The notes below the pieces were generated by a model that ran no database searches, was not told the origin of the DNA, and was given only the letters and a program-made list of their open reading frames with translations. Below are positions 1 to 11,248 of a stretch of DNA of 64,000 nucleotides, one piece after another (positions within the stretch are counted from its first letter, which is position 1; the number at the start of each line of letters is the position of its first letter). The DNA lies in assembly GCA_003971905.1 (NCBI GenBank), contig RSEE01000028.1, positions 310,001-374,000 on the forward strand, written 5' to 3'. Position numbers and translations under genes: made by a program. Origin of the DNA: Moniliella sp. 'wahieum'. Lineage: Eukaryota.

Positions 1-45
1 TGACGCGTGACGCGTGACGCGTGATGCATATGCATGATCATCGAC
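1..45. repeat. (CGTGACG)x3 heptamer array followed by the ATGCATATGCAT palindrome
   Basis: tgacgcgtgacgcgtgacgcgtgatgcatatgcatgatcatcga read directly. Confidence 0.9.
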
Positions 46-355
46 CATTCCGGCGCAATTTACCCCAGCAGGTCACGTGGGTGGCGCAACCCCCGTTTCG
101 GGTGGAACGACCGACCCGAAATTTGGTCGTTCTGCCCGTCAACTCCAGTCCAGTAGCAGAGCATGACAAAGGCCTCTGACTCCTGACTTGGCGGCGGGCG
201 GCAAGGGCAACATAGGTTCGAGCCTACCCGGCCCCACCACCGCCATCCCATCCTCCTCCTCTAATGAAGGGGCCATTTGGGTCAAAGTATATCCCCGCCC
301 ACCGCGTCCCAGGAAGTGTTGTGCCCAATCCAGCTGTGCTGGCCTCTCCTTCCAG

Positions 356-1116
356 GGCAACAAGACGGTGCTAATTGACACCTACGCCGGCTTCACTTAC
401 AACATTGTTGAGGACGTTGAGGTTCGTCGATGGCCGTGCTGATTTTTTTTTTGGCTTGGCTTTCTTCTCCCCCGTTCTGCTTCCGGCCAAACCACTAACC
501 CCCTCCTTCGTCTGGTTTCGTGCAGTACCTAACTGATCTCGGGGCCGATGTCGTCGTCTTCCGCAACGACAGGGTCACGGTCGAGCAATTGGCGCAGCTC
601 GCGCCGCACAAAACCTGGTCATCATCAGTCCGGGTCCAGGCCACCCGCTGAAAGACAGTGGGGAGTCTATGCCGGCCATCCACCTGTTTGCGGGGGCCTG
701 ATTCCCGTTTTGGGGTCTGCATGGGCCTGAAAACGATGTAGGCCGCCTACTCGGGCGTGATGGAGTGTACGGGGGAAATTGTGCATGGCAAAATGTCGGG
801 TGGAGCACAATGGCAAAGGTCTCTGTATGCTGCATTGGAAGTGGCTGGCGTGATCGGGACGCGCTACCAACATTCGCTCGCGGCCAACATCCATACCCTG
901 CCCCCCCAGCTTGCTGTTACATCCAAGACCGCCTCGGGGGTGGTGATGGGCATCCAACACAGCCGCTAGGCCATGGAAGCCATCCAGTTCCACCCCGAGG
1001 GCATCCTCTCTCGCTTGGGCAAGGGCGTGATTGCCAATTTCCTTTCCTGGGCCTCTGGCTTCGGCTTATATTTTGACGGTCGTTTGCACTCGTATTTATC
1101 CGCACTAAGCTGGTGA
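356..1116 (+). pseudogene. Decayed anthranilate synthase component II (TrpG-type glutamine amidotransferase) fragment
   Basis: Stitched translation gives TVLIDTYAGFTYNIVE, an intron (about 422-525, GTTCGT..CTAAC..TGCAG), then YLTDLGADVVVFRND..ISPGPGHP..GVCMG..GEIVHGK..RYQHSL..GVVMGIQHSR*AMEAIQFHPEGIL. In-frame TAG stops at 739-741 and 967-969. No IGPS/PRAI domains follow. Confidence 0.8.
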
Positions 1117-1566
1117 GGCAGAAACGTACACAAGGGAATAGAATGGCCACAACAACTAACTTGGAATGGAGGGTGAAAGGTTCTTAACCGCTGGAACAAG
1201 AGGACGGTGCCATACCACGAGTGAAGGGTGACAGACGGGAGAACAACGAGAGAGGTACTAACCAGTTCGATGGAGCGGGGTTCTAATCGGAAGCGAGGCA
1301 AGTACTGAGATGATTTTGAAATGCTAGTGACAGCACAGTGTACGATGCAGGGCAGAAATGAGAGCAATGGCTGGTAAGTACAAATGCGCTATATATTTAG
1401 CTGAACGCAAAGGCGTAACCACATACAGGGGCAGACACAGGCCATATAATGCAAACTCTTGAGCAAACGAGCACAAATCGTACAGGGGAGGGTATAGGAT
1501 GAAGAAATAAACCAAATAGAGAGAGCACAACCTCAACAAAGAGGTGCAGCGGGGGGGGCGGGATCC

Positions 1567-4500
1567 CTACTTTTTTCCCGTTCCCGACGAGGCTCGTGTA
1601 GCCCGCCCAACATGCCCGTCCTTATCTTTCGGTCCTGCTTTCCAGGCGGGGGCGCATCGCGGGACGGGGAAGGAGTGGAATCAGACGGTGTAGGACCGGG
1701 GGTTGGAGTGGAGAGAGGAAGAGAAGGGGTAACTGACCGTGGTCCGAGCGGGGTGAAAGAAAGAACAGAGGAAGCGGTGCTAGCAATGCTCGTCCTTGAC
1801 TCTTCGACTCTCGTGCTCGACTCGGGAGGGAAGGCGTCGAGTTCGGCCCCCCGCTCCCAGTACTGATAGAGGAGCCAAACAGCGACGCCAGCACTCGGTT
1901 CTGCACCGCCTTGTCCCGTTCAATCTGGGCTTGAAGAGCCGCTAGCGGGACCCGCCCCGGCGGACCCACGGGCCGAACAGGTGGAATGGACGGAATGGGG
2001 TCCGTGCTTTCGTCAGCAGAATCCAACTCGGTCCAGGTGGTAGGCGGCTCGGGGGGAGGAAGGAGAGGGCCATCCTCCGTAAGAGAGGACAGGGAGGGAG
2101 AGGTACGGCCAGAGCCCATCGTGCCCGCACGCGTGCGAATCCGTGTCCGAGGAGGGTATTGTCGTGATATACGGTGGGGAGAGGAGGCGACAGCATTTCG
2201 TAAACTGCTGGTCGAGTTATGGCGAGAAGTCAGGCGACGAATTTCACTGAACCCACTCGTGTTGAGCAGGTCAGGCGAAGTGGCGCTGGACCTCAAGGTA
2301 GTCGACTCTGCGTACGAAGAATTGATGGCTCCATTGTCAAAGGACGAGTGACGGACAGGAAGATGCACAACGTCGGAGGACTGGGGAGTGTTGGGTCCAG
2401 AGAGAGGCGAGACGGGTGCTCTTTTGTCTAGTAGGCGAAACCTACGAGTTGAACCAGTCAAACTGCTGCCATGAAAGGAGGGAAGGGGCGAGGAATGTGG
2501 AGTGGGAACAGCCGTGGACGAGGTTGGGGGGGCCATGGCTGGAAGAGGTGTGGCGGTGGTGGTGGCATAAGCATCAACGGATTGATACTTAAGGGAAGAG
2601 GCAAATGTCCGTTTAAGTTCGTCCAGCTTGTCCTCTATCAGCTGCTTCACATCCACCCCATCCGTAGCGCGGGCAAGGAGATCCTCCAGTACTGAGATGG
2701 TGCTTTGCGCCGATTGAAGGAAAAGTAACTCGTTGCCACGACGGCTCGCCCAGGGCTGGGTTGGCTGGGTCAAGTTCAAAGGAGGATCAATCTCCTCATG
2801 GGAGGACGGAGAGCCCACATGATTAGTAAGGAGGGCAGGCATGCTCGATGACGAGGTTAGAAGAGAAGCGTGAGCAGCTGCAGTGGATAGCCGATTTGGA
2901 CGGGTCCTAGACTGTAAATCCTCAAGTAGCACGTTTCTTGGCCATGCGCGTGTCACCTTGTCCATCACGTGGAGCTAAGTCGTTAAGAGAATATCGCCTC
3001 GGACGCGCACGGGAGGCTGTGCGAAATCCCCACGGAATGGTTCGAGATGGAAGGGCACTGACGGTACCAGGAGGCTCAAGCGTGGATGTGGAACAAAGCC
3101 TTTCTTGAGGGAGGCGGTCCACTGGCCTTTCCACCCTTGCAGGGTCACTCGTTGGTTCGTCCTCCCAATCCGACTTGGGCAGCTGCGCTTCGTCTTGCTG
3201 CTCGACGGTCTGGGTTGAGAGGCCAGTAGATGAGAGCGCGTCGCTGCGTCCCGAAGCACGGGAGCGGACACAGTGGTCTTCCCCTGACAATGTCTCATCA
3301 GCCGTGCGGTGCGGGTTCGAACAAGATCGACGCTGAGTGCGCAGAGAGCGACTCCGGGCCGGCACCGACGGTGACGCCGGAGGTGAGAGAGCTGATTTCA
3401 AAGGATCCGGGTAAGACTCATGCGTACTGTGGGGGTACCGAGCAATGCCGCGTCGAAAGTAGACCGTCTTCCTTCTCAAGGGTGGGGGAAGCCACGTCCT
3501 TGCACTGTGCGCGTTTGGAGGGAGGAAGCGGCGAACTAACTAAAAGAGGCGAAGTAGGGCCTACAGCCGAAACAGGCAGAGATTCCTGGGCATCGACGAA
3601 TGGCAGATCGATCGAGTCGGAGCTGGAACGGTGACGGGAAGGGTTACGGAGTTCCCGGAATTTTCCAGCCAGCTTCGACGAGGTCTGGCCAGACGCCGTG
3701 CCGGCTCCTTCCACTTCCACCGAGGCCCGGCGGAAAAGGCGAGGTGATTTGGCGACAGGAGAGACAGAGGGGGGTGCTGGAGAAGGCGGATTACTCTGCA
3801 AACCCCGAAATGGATGCAGTTCATCCGCCTCAAAGTGAGAAGATTGATGTGAGTCAAGGGATAGGGGAGATGCACTGGATAACCCTGCACTCCCAGGAGC
3901 CGATCTAGTAGTGGCCATCGAGACCGAGACGTCCAAATGCGTATCCAAGGTGGTGGAATTGGGGGAGTTTTTGGACGCAGTAACCAGTGTCAAGCTGGTG
4001 GGAAGTGGCAGGGGTTCAAGACCTCGTATCCTTCGAGACGAATCCGGTGCGGTAAAAAGTGGCGCATATGGCTCCATATTGATCAAGGCAGTGGCAAGGT
4101 CCTGGACACTCACCATCTCGGCTCCCATAGCATCGTTATCAGACTCGCTTGAGTCGTCGGAATCAGAGAGAGCTGCTAAGATGGGTGGCGAGGCGAGCTC
4201 GGAACGAAGGAGGGTATGCTCGGTCATGGTCTCACCCACGGCATTGAGAACCGCTTCGGCCAGAGCCTGGAGCACGGCCGAGATGTAGACGCTTGTTTGC
4301 GGAGTGAGCTGGACAAACATGTGGGGAGCTGAGCCGATGGGGATGCGCGTGTCGGCCGGTGGGGCAGGTGGATCGGAGGGGCCGGGCTGCGAGGGGTTGC
4401 GTGAGCGACCGCGGAGGGAGCAATAATAGTAGGCATGTTGACGCAGCTGCACATCGGCAAGGAAACACATATGGGTCAGCAGGGGGAGGCAAGCGACAGG

Positions 4501-4996
4501 CTACAACGCACCTGCACAAAGAGCGACCGTGGGAATGTCTCGGCGCCATCCCACCGGCTCAAGGCGGCCAGGCCCAGTGGCGCGACACGGCGGGTGGTAC
4601 GCAGGTAGGTCTCGTGGGCTTTGATGGCCATCTCCGCATCGGTGAGGACCTCGCGCGCAAAGGCAGCGACGGCGGCGGAGGGGAGCCCGACGACATGCGG
4701 AGGCGCGTTGCGGAGGAGAGGCACGAGCGCATGAGCGCGAAGGCGGTCGTGATGGAGAGAGCGGGCGCCGAGGAGGATACGGAGGAGGACCTCGTCGAGC
4801 AGCTGGTGCAGCGCGGCCAGGGCGTCGGGGGAGAGGCGCACGCGCCGGCCGGCGGCATGGGAGGCGACGCGGGCAGCGTGGGCGGCAGGGACGAAGGCGG
4901 GGGCGGGCGGAGGTGGGCGGGAGGCGCGGGAGGGCGAGCCAGGGCGAGGCGGGGGGCGGCGGGGCGCGCTGGGCGCACGGGGGCGCCGCGCAGCAT
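1567..4996 (-). CDS. Protein of unknown function with an N-terminal helical, possibly histone-fold-like region and a long Ser/Pro-rich tail
   Basis: Contiguous minus-strand ORFs 4476-4841 (RLSPDALAALHQLLDEVLLRILLGARSL..EVLTDAEMAIKAH), 3418-4470, 2922-3479 and 1622-2968. Intron at about 4511-4447 (GTGCGT..CTGAC..TGCAG). Start and stop are approximate because of indels. Confidence 0.6.
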
Positions 4997-5290
4997 GCAG
5001 GGGAAGGCGGCCGCTCCCAGCCGACGCAGCCTAGCCTGGTGGTGCAGGGGGGCAGGTGGCGCAGGGGGGGGGGGCGCACGTGCATGGTTATCATGTGATG
5101 TGCACGTGATGAGTCTGTGATGCATGCGCGCATGATGCGCTGAGCCTCACCACTGGGCCAGGACTCCCGCATTCCGCCCGGCTCTCTGGTTCCGCCGCGT
5201 GGTTCCATTTCCATCGGCATCTACAACCATTTCGGCCAACCGTGCCAGCCCCTCCCTTTGCCACCACCACCACCTCCTCCTCCACCCGTC

Positions 5291-6415
5291 ATGTCCTCCG
5301 ACAGCGATACCCCTTACAGTCCAAACCTCGACGAGCCTCCCCTCCCCTCTTCTTCCGACCCGCTCTGACAGCCCGTCCAGCGCGCCCGCATCCCCGCCCC
5401 CCGCTCCCCTCCCGCGGCGGCCGAGGCCCAGGCGTCGATCGAGCCGCTGGCGCAGCAAGCCCTGCGCCAGGACTTCACCACGACGTCTTTAGCTTTGAGC
5501 CACACGTCAAACAAAACCTAGGCATAAAATTGGACCACGAAGCTACGCTCTGTCCCACTTTCCTCGCCACTGGCACCTGTCCGCTCAGACGCAACTGTCC
5601 CCTGCGCCACGTTCCGCGCTTTGTCCCCCCCCATCAGCCCAACACTCCTCCTCCACCCGAGATGGTATGAAGCGGACAGTGTGCAAGCATTGGTTGCGTG
5701 GCCTCTGCAAAAAGGGTGACTCGTGCGACTACTTGCACGAGTACGATATGCGCACCATGCCCGAATGCCGCTTTTTTGCCACGTTCGGCTTTTGTGACCT
5801 TCCAACGGCTCTGAACGCGAATGCCTCTACCTTCACCGCGATCCCAAAACCAAGCGACGCGAATGCGAGGAATACAACCGTGGGTTCTGTCCGCGCGGAC
5901 CGACCTGCACCAAGAAACACATTCGTCGTGTCCTCTGTCCCCGCTACGTGGCTGGCTTTTGCCCTTTGGGACCCCAGTGCGTCTATGGCCACCCCAAATC
6001 CACCCCGCCCAGCGCCCAGGACCGAAGGAATTCGTTGGTCCAGACCGTCAGGCCTTTGACACCTGCCGAGGCATTTGCTCCGCCCCCTCACCTAGCCGCT
6101 CGTGGGGTACGTGCCCCAGGCGGGGACTGGGCTGCTGCCGGACGCGACCCCGGTGCCGAAGGGGACGACGAGTACCGTTCCTTCCGCGGCGGCATGCGTG
6201 GTCGTGGCCGAGGCCGCGGACGCGGTCGCGGTGCTGGCCCAGGATTCCGCTCCTACAACGACCGCGACGGAGGGTTTGCCCCGCCTATGGGCATGATTCC
6301 CAACCGGGCCGCAATGGTAACTGGTGTTGTCCGCTCTCCCCTCTGTATCCCTGGTTCGTACCACTACCACAAAGATCTACAACGAATATTAATGTTGGCC
6401 GCATACCAAATTTGA
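5291..6415 (+). CDS. YTH1: mRNA 3'-end processing factor Yth1/CPSF30 (tandem CCCH zinc fingers, RGG-rich tail)
   Basis: [106 protein letters not shown]. The true stop may be near 6320. Confidence 0.93.
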
Positions 6416-6612
6416 TTGGGAAGACCAATTATCCTATTTGGAGAATGGTTGCAGGAGGTGCATAGATAGGCAGGCGGGCAACGTACGAGCGAAACTAGAC
6501 GTTGGTGTTTTGTGGATCGCCCCCAGGCACAGTCATACGTAGCTAGACAGGATATAATAGGAAAAAGAGAAACGGGCAGAGAGAAGGGGAGAAAGAATCC
6601 TGTAGAAGGATA

Positions 6613-9018
6613 CTAGGCGTTGTTGTGCGCATGAAGTGCCTGATTAGCCCGATCCAGCTCGGCCGAGGAGGGACCAGGACCGAGGCGAGCCATGGCTGCG
6701 GCACGGGAGGCCGAAGGGGTGGAGGTACCCGAGCGCGAGGAGATGGTGCCGCGGCGAGAGTGCGGCTTGACCGCCAGCGGGAACCGGAACCGTTCCTCGT
6801 CCGGATCCTCATCAGATGGGTGAGCCAACGACCGCCAGAAGTCCGTATGCGCCGAGGTAGTGGAACCTGCGTCACTGGCGCCCGACATGTGGGTCCGGGC
6901 GAACGAGTCGGTCAACGTGCCAAAGTCGCCCGGCGTGCGCAGCCCTGACAACCGCGGAGAGGCGGGCACGCTGATAGAAAGCCGCAGGCAGCGGTCGGTC
7001 AGGTCGTGCGAGGGATCAATCTGGTATCCCTCACCATCGTCCTCCCCAAGAGCAAACAGACCATCGTCGTCATCGTCAAAGCTATCTGGGTAAGCTCGGC
7101 GCAGCGCGAGTTGGCGGGCCTTGGCATACTCCAGTCCCAACTTGTTCCAGTCGAGCAGCTCCGACAGACGCTCGGTGCGGTTGCGCTGATTGATCCGCTG
7201 CCGCCGCGTCTTTGACACAACGACTCCATCTGACTCGTCAGCATATTCACCGAATCATCAACACCCTTGGTTCGACGGTCGACAATGTAGATTCCGTAAT
7301 CTTCCGCATCCTCAATCATGTCTTCCATGAAGCAACCAAAGCCAGACAAGTTGGTCGAGATGCTGGGAATGCCCATAACAGTGCATTCTGCCGGGGTGTA
7401 TCCCCAGGGTTCGTAATACGAGGGGAAGACGCCCAGGTGGCAGCCCCGGACAAAGTCTTCATAGTCCATACCAAGAATGGGATTGTTGGCATTCAGGAAT
7501 TCTGGATGGAAGATGATCTTCACGCGGTCCTCGGGGCGGTTGAAGAGCTGTACGCGGCGAATGTGGTTAAGAATCGGGTCCTTCGCATCATCAGCCATGT
7601 TGTGAGTCACCACAGGAGGGAAAGTCTGGCGGCGCATCGCAAACAGCCTACGCTTGAGGGCAATCTTGTCTTTCTCGTCCAGCAACGCCTCCGGATCAAT
7701 GTTCTCTAAGCTGGCTGAATCAGCCCCAGCTGAACGAGCGGTACGCTCGAGGAGGCGTTGGCCCACCCGCGCACTGATCTGGTCAACCGTATCCTTGAGC
7801 GCCTTGGTAACCGCCTGGCCCTTGAGCGCCTCCATTGTGTAGCTCGTCGTGGCAGCAGGCATGATGATAAACGCCACCACTGTCTTCTTCGAACCAGAGT
7901 TCTTGAGCCGCCCGTTGAGCCGCGCAAGCGATTCGATAAACATATCAATACCCTTGTTGCGGAACTCATACCGACCCGCCGTAAACATAAAGATAGTGTT
8001 GTCCAGATCAAAGTCGTAGTGACCGTAAAAATGTCCTCGCACAAACTCGTTGATCTTGGCCTTCGACACGGCGTGAAGGTTCTGGAACTCGTGCACGGCC
8101 GAGAACTTGACAACATTGAGACCATTGGGCAAAACGCCATCGGGGCGGCGCTTGAGCAGGTGCTCAGATTCATATGCCGTAATGTGGGAAACGGTGGTAA
8201 ACACGTCAGCGCAATGGGCAGCCGAACGTTCGATGCAGTAACGATGGTAAATACCGCGCTTTCCCGCCTCGGCATCAACGTCAAAGTGTTGAAGATTGTT
8301 GTAAAAGTCCACGTCACCGGCACACAAATACCGCCCAAGAGGGTAGCGTGGGTCGTGAAAATGGTCGTCACGTCCAGGCGCCGCTTGCGGATCAACGGGA
8401 TAGCCAAGCCGGCCTGCCATTCGTGGAAATGGGCAATGATGGCATGCTCACGCTGGTGGAAGGCGTACTCTCCGAGGAACCACGCAGTGAGATATCCCAA
8501 CAGCAGCGTGTCGTTGGTCTCTGTATCGTTTTGGGGCGTCGGGATCTGTGCGGTCTCCCAAAGATCCTTCTTCCATTCGTCCAGGCGGTTCGAGACAGAG
8601 CCAAGGTCAAAGAGCAGAACTTGAGGGGAGCGTTCAATCAGCCATCGGCCATGGAGAAGGTTCACACCCTGCAACCGCATAGCCTCCAGCGTCGCCTTCA
8701 TCGCCGGGTCACTCGGTTCGGCCTCCTCAACCTCCATGCGAGCGTTTTTGTACGACAAGGGACCGAGAAGGGTGTAGTTGTTGCCATACTCTTGTTCAGT
8801 AATGGGAGCCTTGGTCTTGATGACAGTGTAGATTCCGCCAACTGAGAGCACAGTGGGGTCAGTAAGCCGCCGAGAGGCAGGCTAACAAGCAAAGGAGGCG
8901 GAGGAGGCACAGCTGTGGCTTCGGCCTCCGGCAGGAACGCACCTTTGTTGGCAACCTCCCAGGCACATTCAAAGAGAATGGGCGAGTGCACATCGCGCAC
9001 GGCAAGTGACTTTTCCAT
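6613..9018 (-). CDS. GSY1: Glycogen [starch] synthase (GT3)
   Basis: [22 protein letters not shown] (intron about 8942-8843), [75 protein letters not shown], and the C-terminal SVPASPR phospho-motif. Confidence 0.97.
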
Positions 9019-10555
9019 TGGGAGAAGAGGGGTTGGAGATGGAGAGGGGGGGGGGGTGGTGGGGGAAGGGAAAGCACGGAGTGCGGGCCGCTAGTTGCTG
9101 AAGTTGTTGGATTCGCGGCTGTCGTGCTCGGCTGCGCAACCACTAGGCCGACTGCCAACAGCACAGCACTGGCGCCGTGCCTTCCCCACAAATCTGCCGA
9201 GCCGACACTGTCGGGATGTCAGGCGCCAGGGCGGCTGGCGCCGTGCGGCCGGCCGGAGGCATCGCTGCAGTGCTGCACTGGGCGAAAGCGACGCTGGATC
9301 GAGGCGCAGGGCGCCAGTATGCCAGCCCGTGCCTGGATGCGCTGCGCTGGTGTGCTGCTTCCGCTGAGCGCTGAGCCAGGGCCTGCTGCCGGGGCCGCCG
9401 GGGAGCGCTCCCTGGCGCTCCTCCGCACTGGGCCGAGTTGGCGATGCACGTGCCAAGTGCGTTTGTGGGGCAAAAACAGGCGACGGCAGAGCGGATCAAC
9501 GTTCAACGTCAACCACGTTAAACGGCAGCTGGCGTTTGTTGAGATGGGTGGTCCATTGTTCTGCCTCCAAGCTCCATCGACCATCGCCGCCCCACTCGAA
9601 CTCCACGCTAGCTCTCTCGCCACACTTGCCTCGCCCCAGTTGGCCCAGTTTGGGGTTTTGCACATGCGTGTGCCGCAGCCGGTCGCAATCCCAGTCGCAA
9701 ACACATGCGGCCGCTTGGGGATGTGTGATGCCGACGAGTGATGTGTGATGTGTGATGTGCGATGCATGATGTTAGAGCGGCCCCGCCTGGAATCTAAAGT
9801 GTCTCAGCAGGCCCGCAAGTGGCCCGCGTCGGGGTACAGAGGAGCGCTAATTGCTGGCTGCTGGGGACTCTCTCGGTTCTCGAACCTCATGCTCATAGGG
9901 GGTGGGCAAACTGCGGGGTACCAGCGGGCGACCTGGCTACCGTCCCCCAACCACTTCCCCCAGCTCCGCCATCGTGCCCAGGTCCCAGCTCAGAAACAGG
10001 AGGGGGCAGCAAATGCGATCATTCGACCATCAATCATTAAACACTGCTGCAGAGTACATGTGGGCAACCATATATCCGCGAGTGGGTATATCTTCATCCT
10101 ATACATCACAGGGTTAGCCCCAGGTGCACCCCCCCCGCCCCCACACCGATGCACACAGATCACCACCCCACCGACACACTCACCTATGTGCGCCCACTAT
10201 GGTATTGACCACAAATGGTCCAGAGCCCTCCGTCGGCCTGCAAGCTTCAGTAACTGGTGACTAACAGTGACACGTGATATGGCCCGATGATACACACTGT
10301 CCATCTCTGGGCAATGCGTCCCGACTGCCACGAGCTTCCACCAGCCTCCGAGCCCGGGGCCTATCAATATATCACGGCCCATAGGTCCAGCGCTCCGTAC
10401 CTCTGGAATACCATCTCCATTCCATATTCCCCTCGCCAGGATCGCTAGCTACCGAAAACCCCCGTACACGTGACATGGCCATCTGTTCTTCTTCCGATAG
10501 AACTGCAGCCAGCACGAAACCCCCCAACACATATTTACTTGCGGGAAACAGTAAT

Positions 10556-10781
10556 AAACGCTCAACGTTCAACGTTCGACCACTTCCTCTTCTCTATACA
10601 CCATCATGCATCACATACGTCACGTATACGAAAGTAAGCATGGGGGTGTATACTCGGTCAGATTCGGACTCAACAAGTGCTGACTACTAGTTACTGACCT
10701 CAGGCTTGTGGCAGCCTGAGTTGAACACGTTGAACGTTGATGCATAAGGCCTAAGGCATGACGAGCGCGTCAGCTCAGCTG
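10556..10781. repeat. Cluster of TNA-centred interrupted-palindrome heptamers
   Basis: tcaacgttcaacgttc; cctcagg; gttgaacacgttgaacgttga; taaggcctaaggc; cagctcagctg. Confidence 0.75.
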
Positions 10782-11248
10782 TCCATCCCTCTTTTGTGCC
10801 AGTAACCCTCGCGTCCGCACGTCCAAATGAGACGAGAGGAGCATGCTCGACAGTATTCTACTCAGTACTCACAGTCGAAGATATATGTTCACACGGCCTT
10901 TCGCCGACCTCACCAGATCGAATGGACAAAGGAAACAAGGATGGGTAAAGATAGTAAAAATAGGCACCAAGATGAAGAGCAAAACATCATCACACATGAA
11001 AAGGTGGATCGGTCAGATCGATCGGGAATAATGAGAGTGTAGTGGAAACATCCCTATTCCAATGCCACGCCCTCAAAGGAGAGGTGGGCAAGAGGGAAAT
11101 GTATGCAGAAGTGGAAGGGTATCAGGACCGCTTGCGGAACGGCTGAGGTAGAGAATGTGTGGCCGCTCGACAGGGACAAGTGACAAAACACACTTGCCTG
11201 CTGAGTGGCGAGAAAAAACAAGAAGATGAAATGTACGGGGAGACAGAA

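Noticed and set aside
1..24. ACGCGT arrays as simple MCB cell-cycle boxes
   Set aside because: They do contain MluI sites, but neighbouring genes are not G1/S genes and the same 7-bp architecture recurs with unrelated cores. MCB alone does not explain the pattern, though a contribution is not excluded.
739..969. Genome-wide TAG-to-Tyr codon reassignment
   Set aside because: In-frame TAGs were seen only in the degenerate TrpG fragment. TAG ends other genes here (GSY1 at 6613, GH5 at 53364), and conserved Tyr residues elsewhere use TAY.
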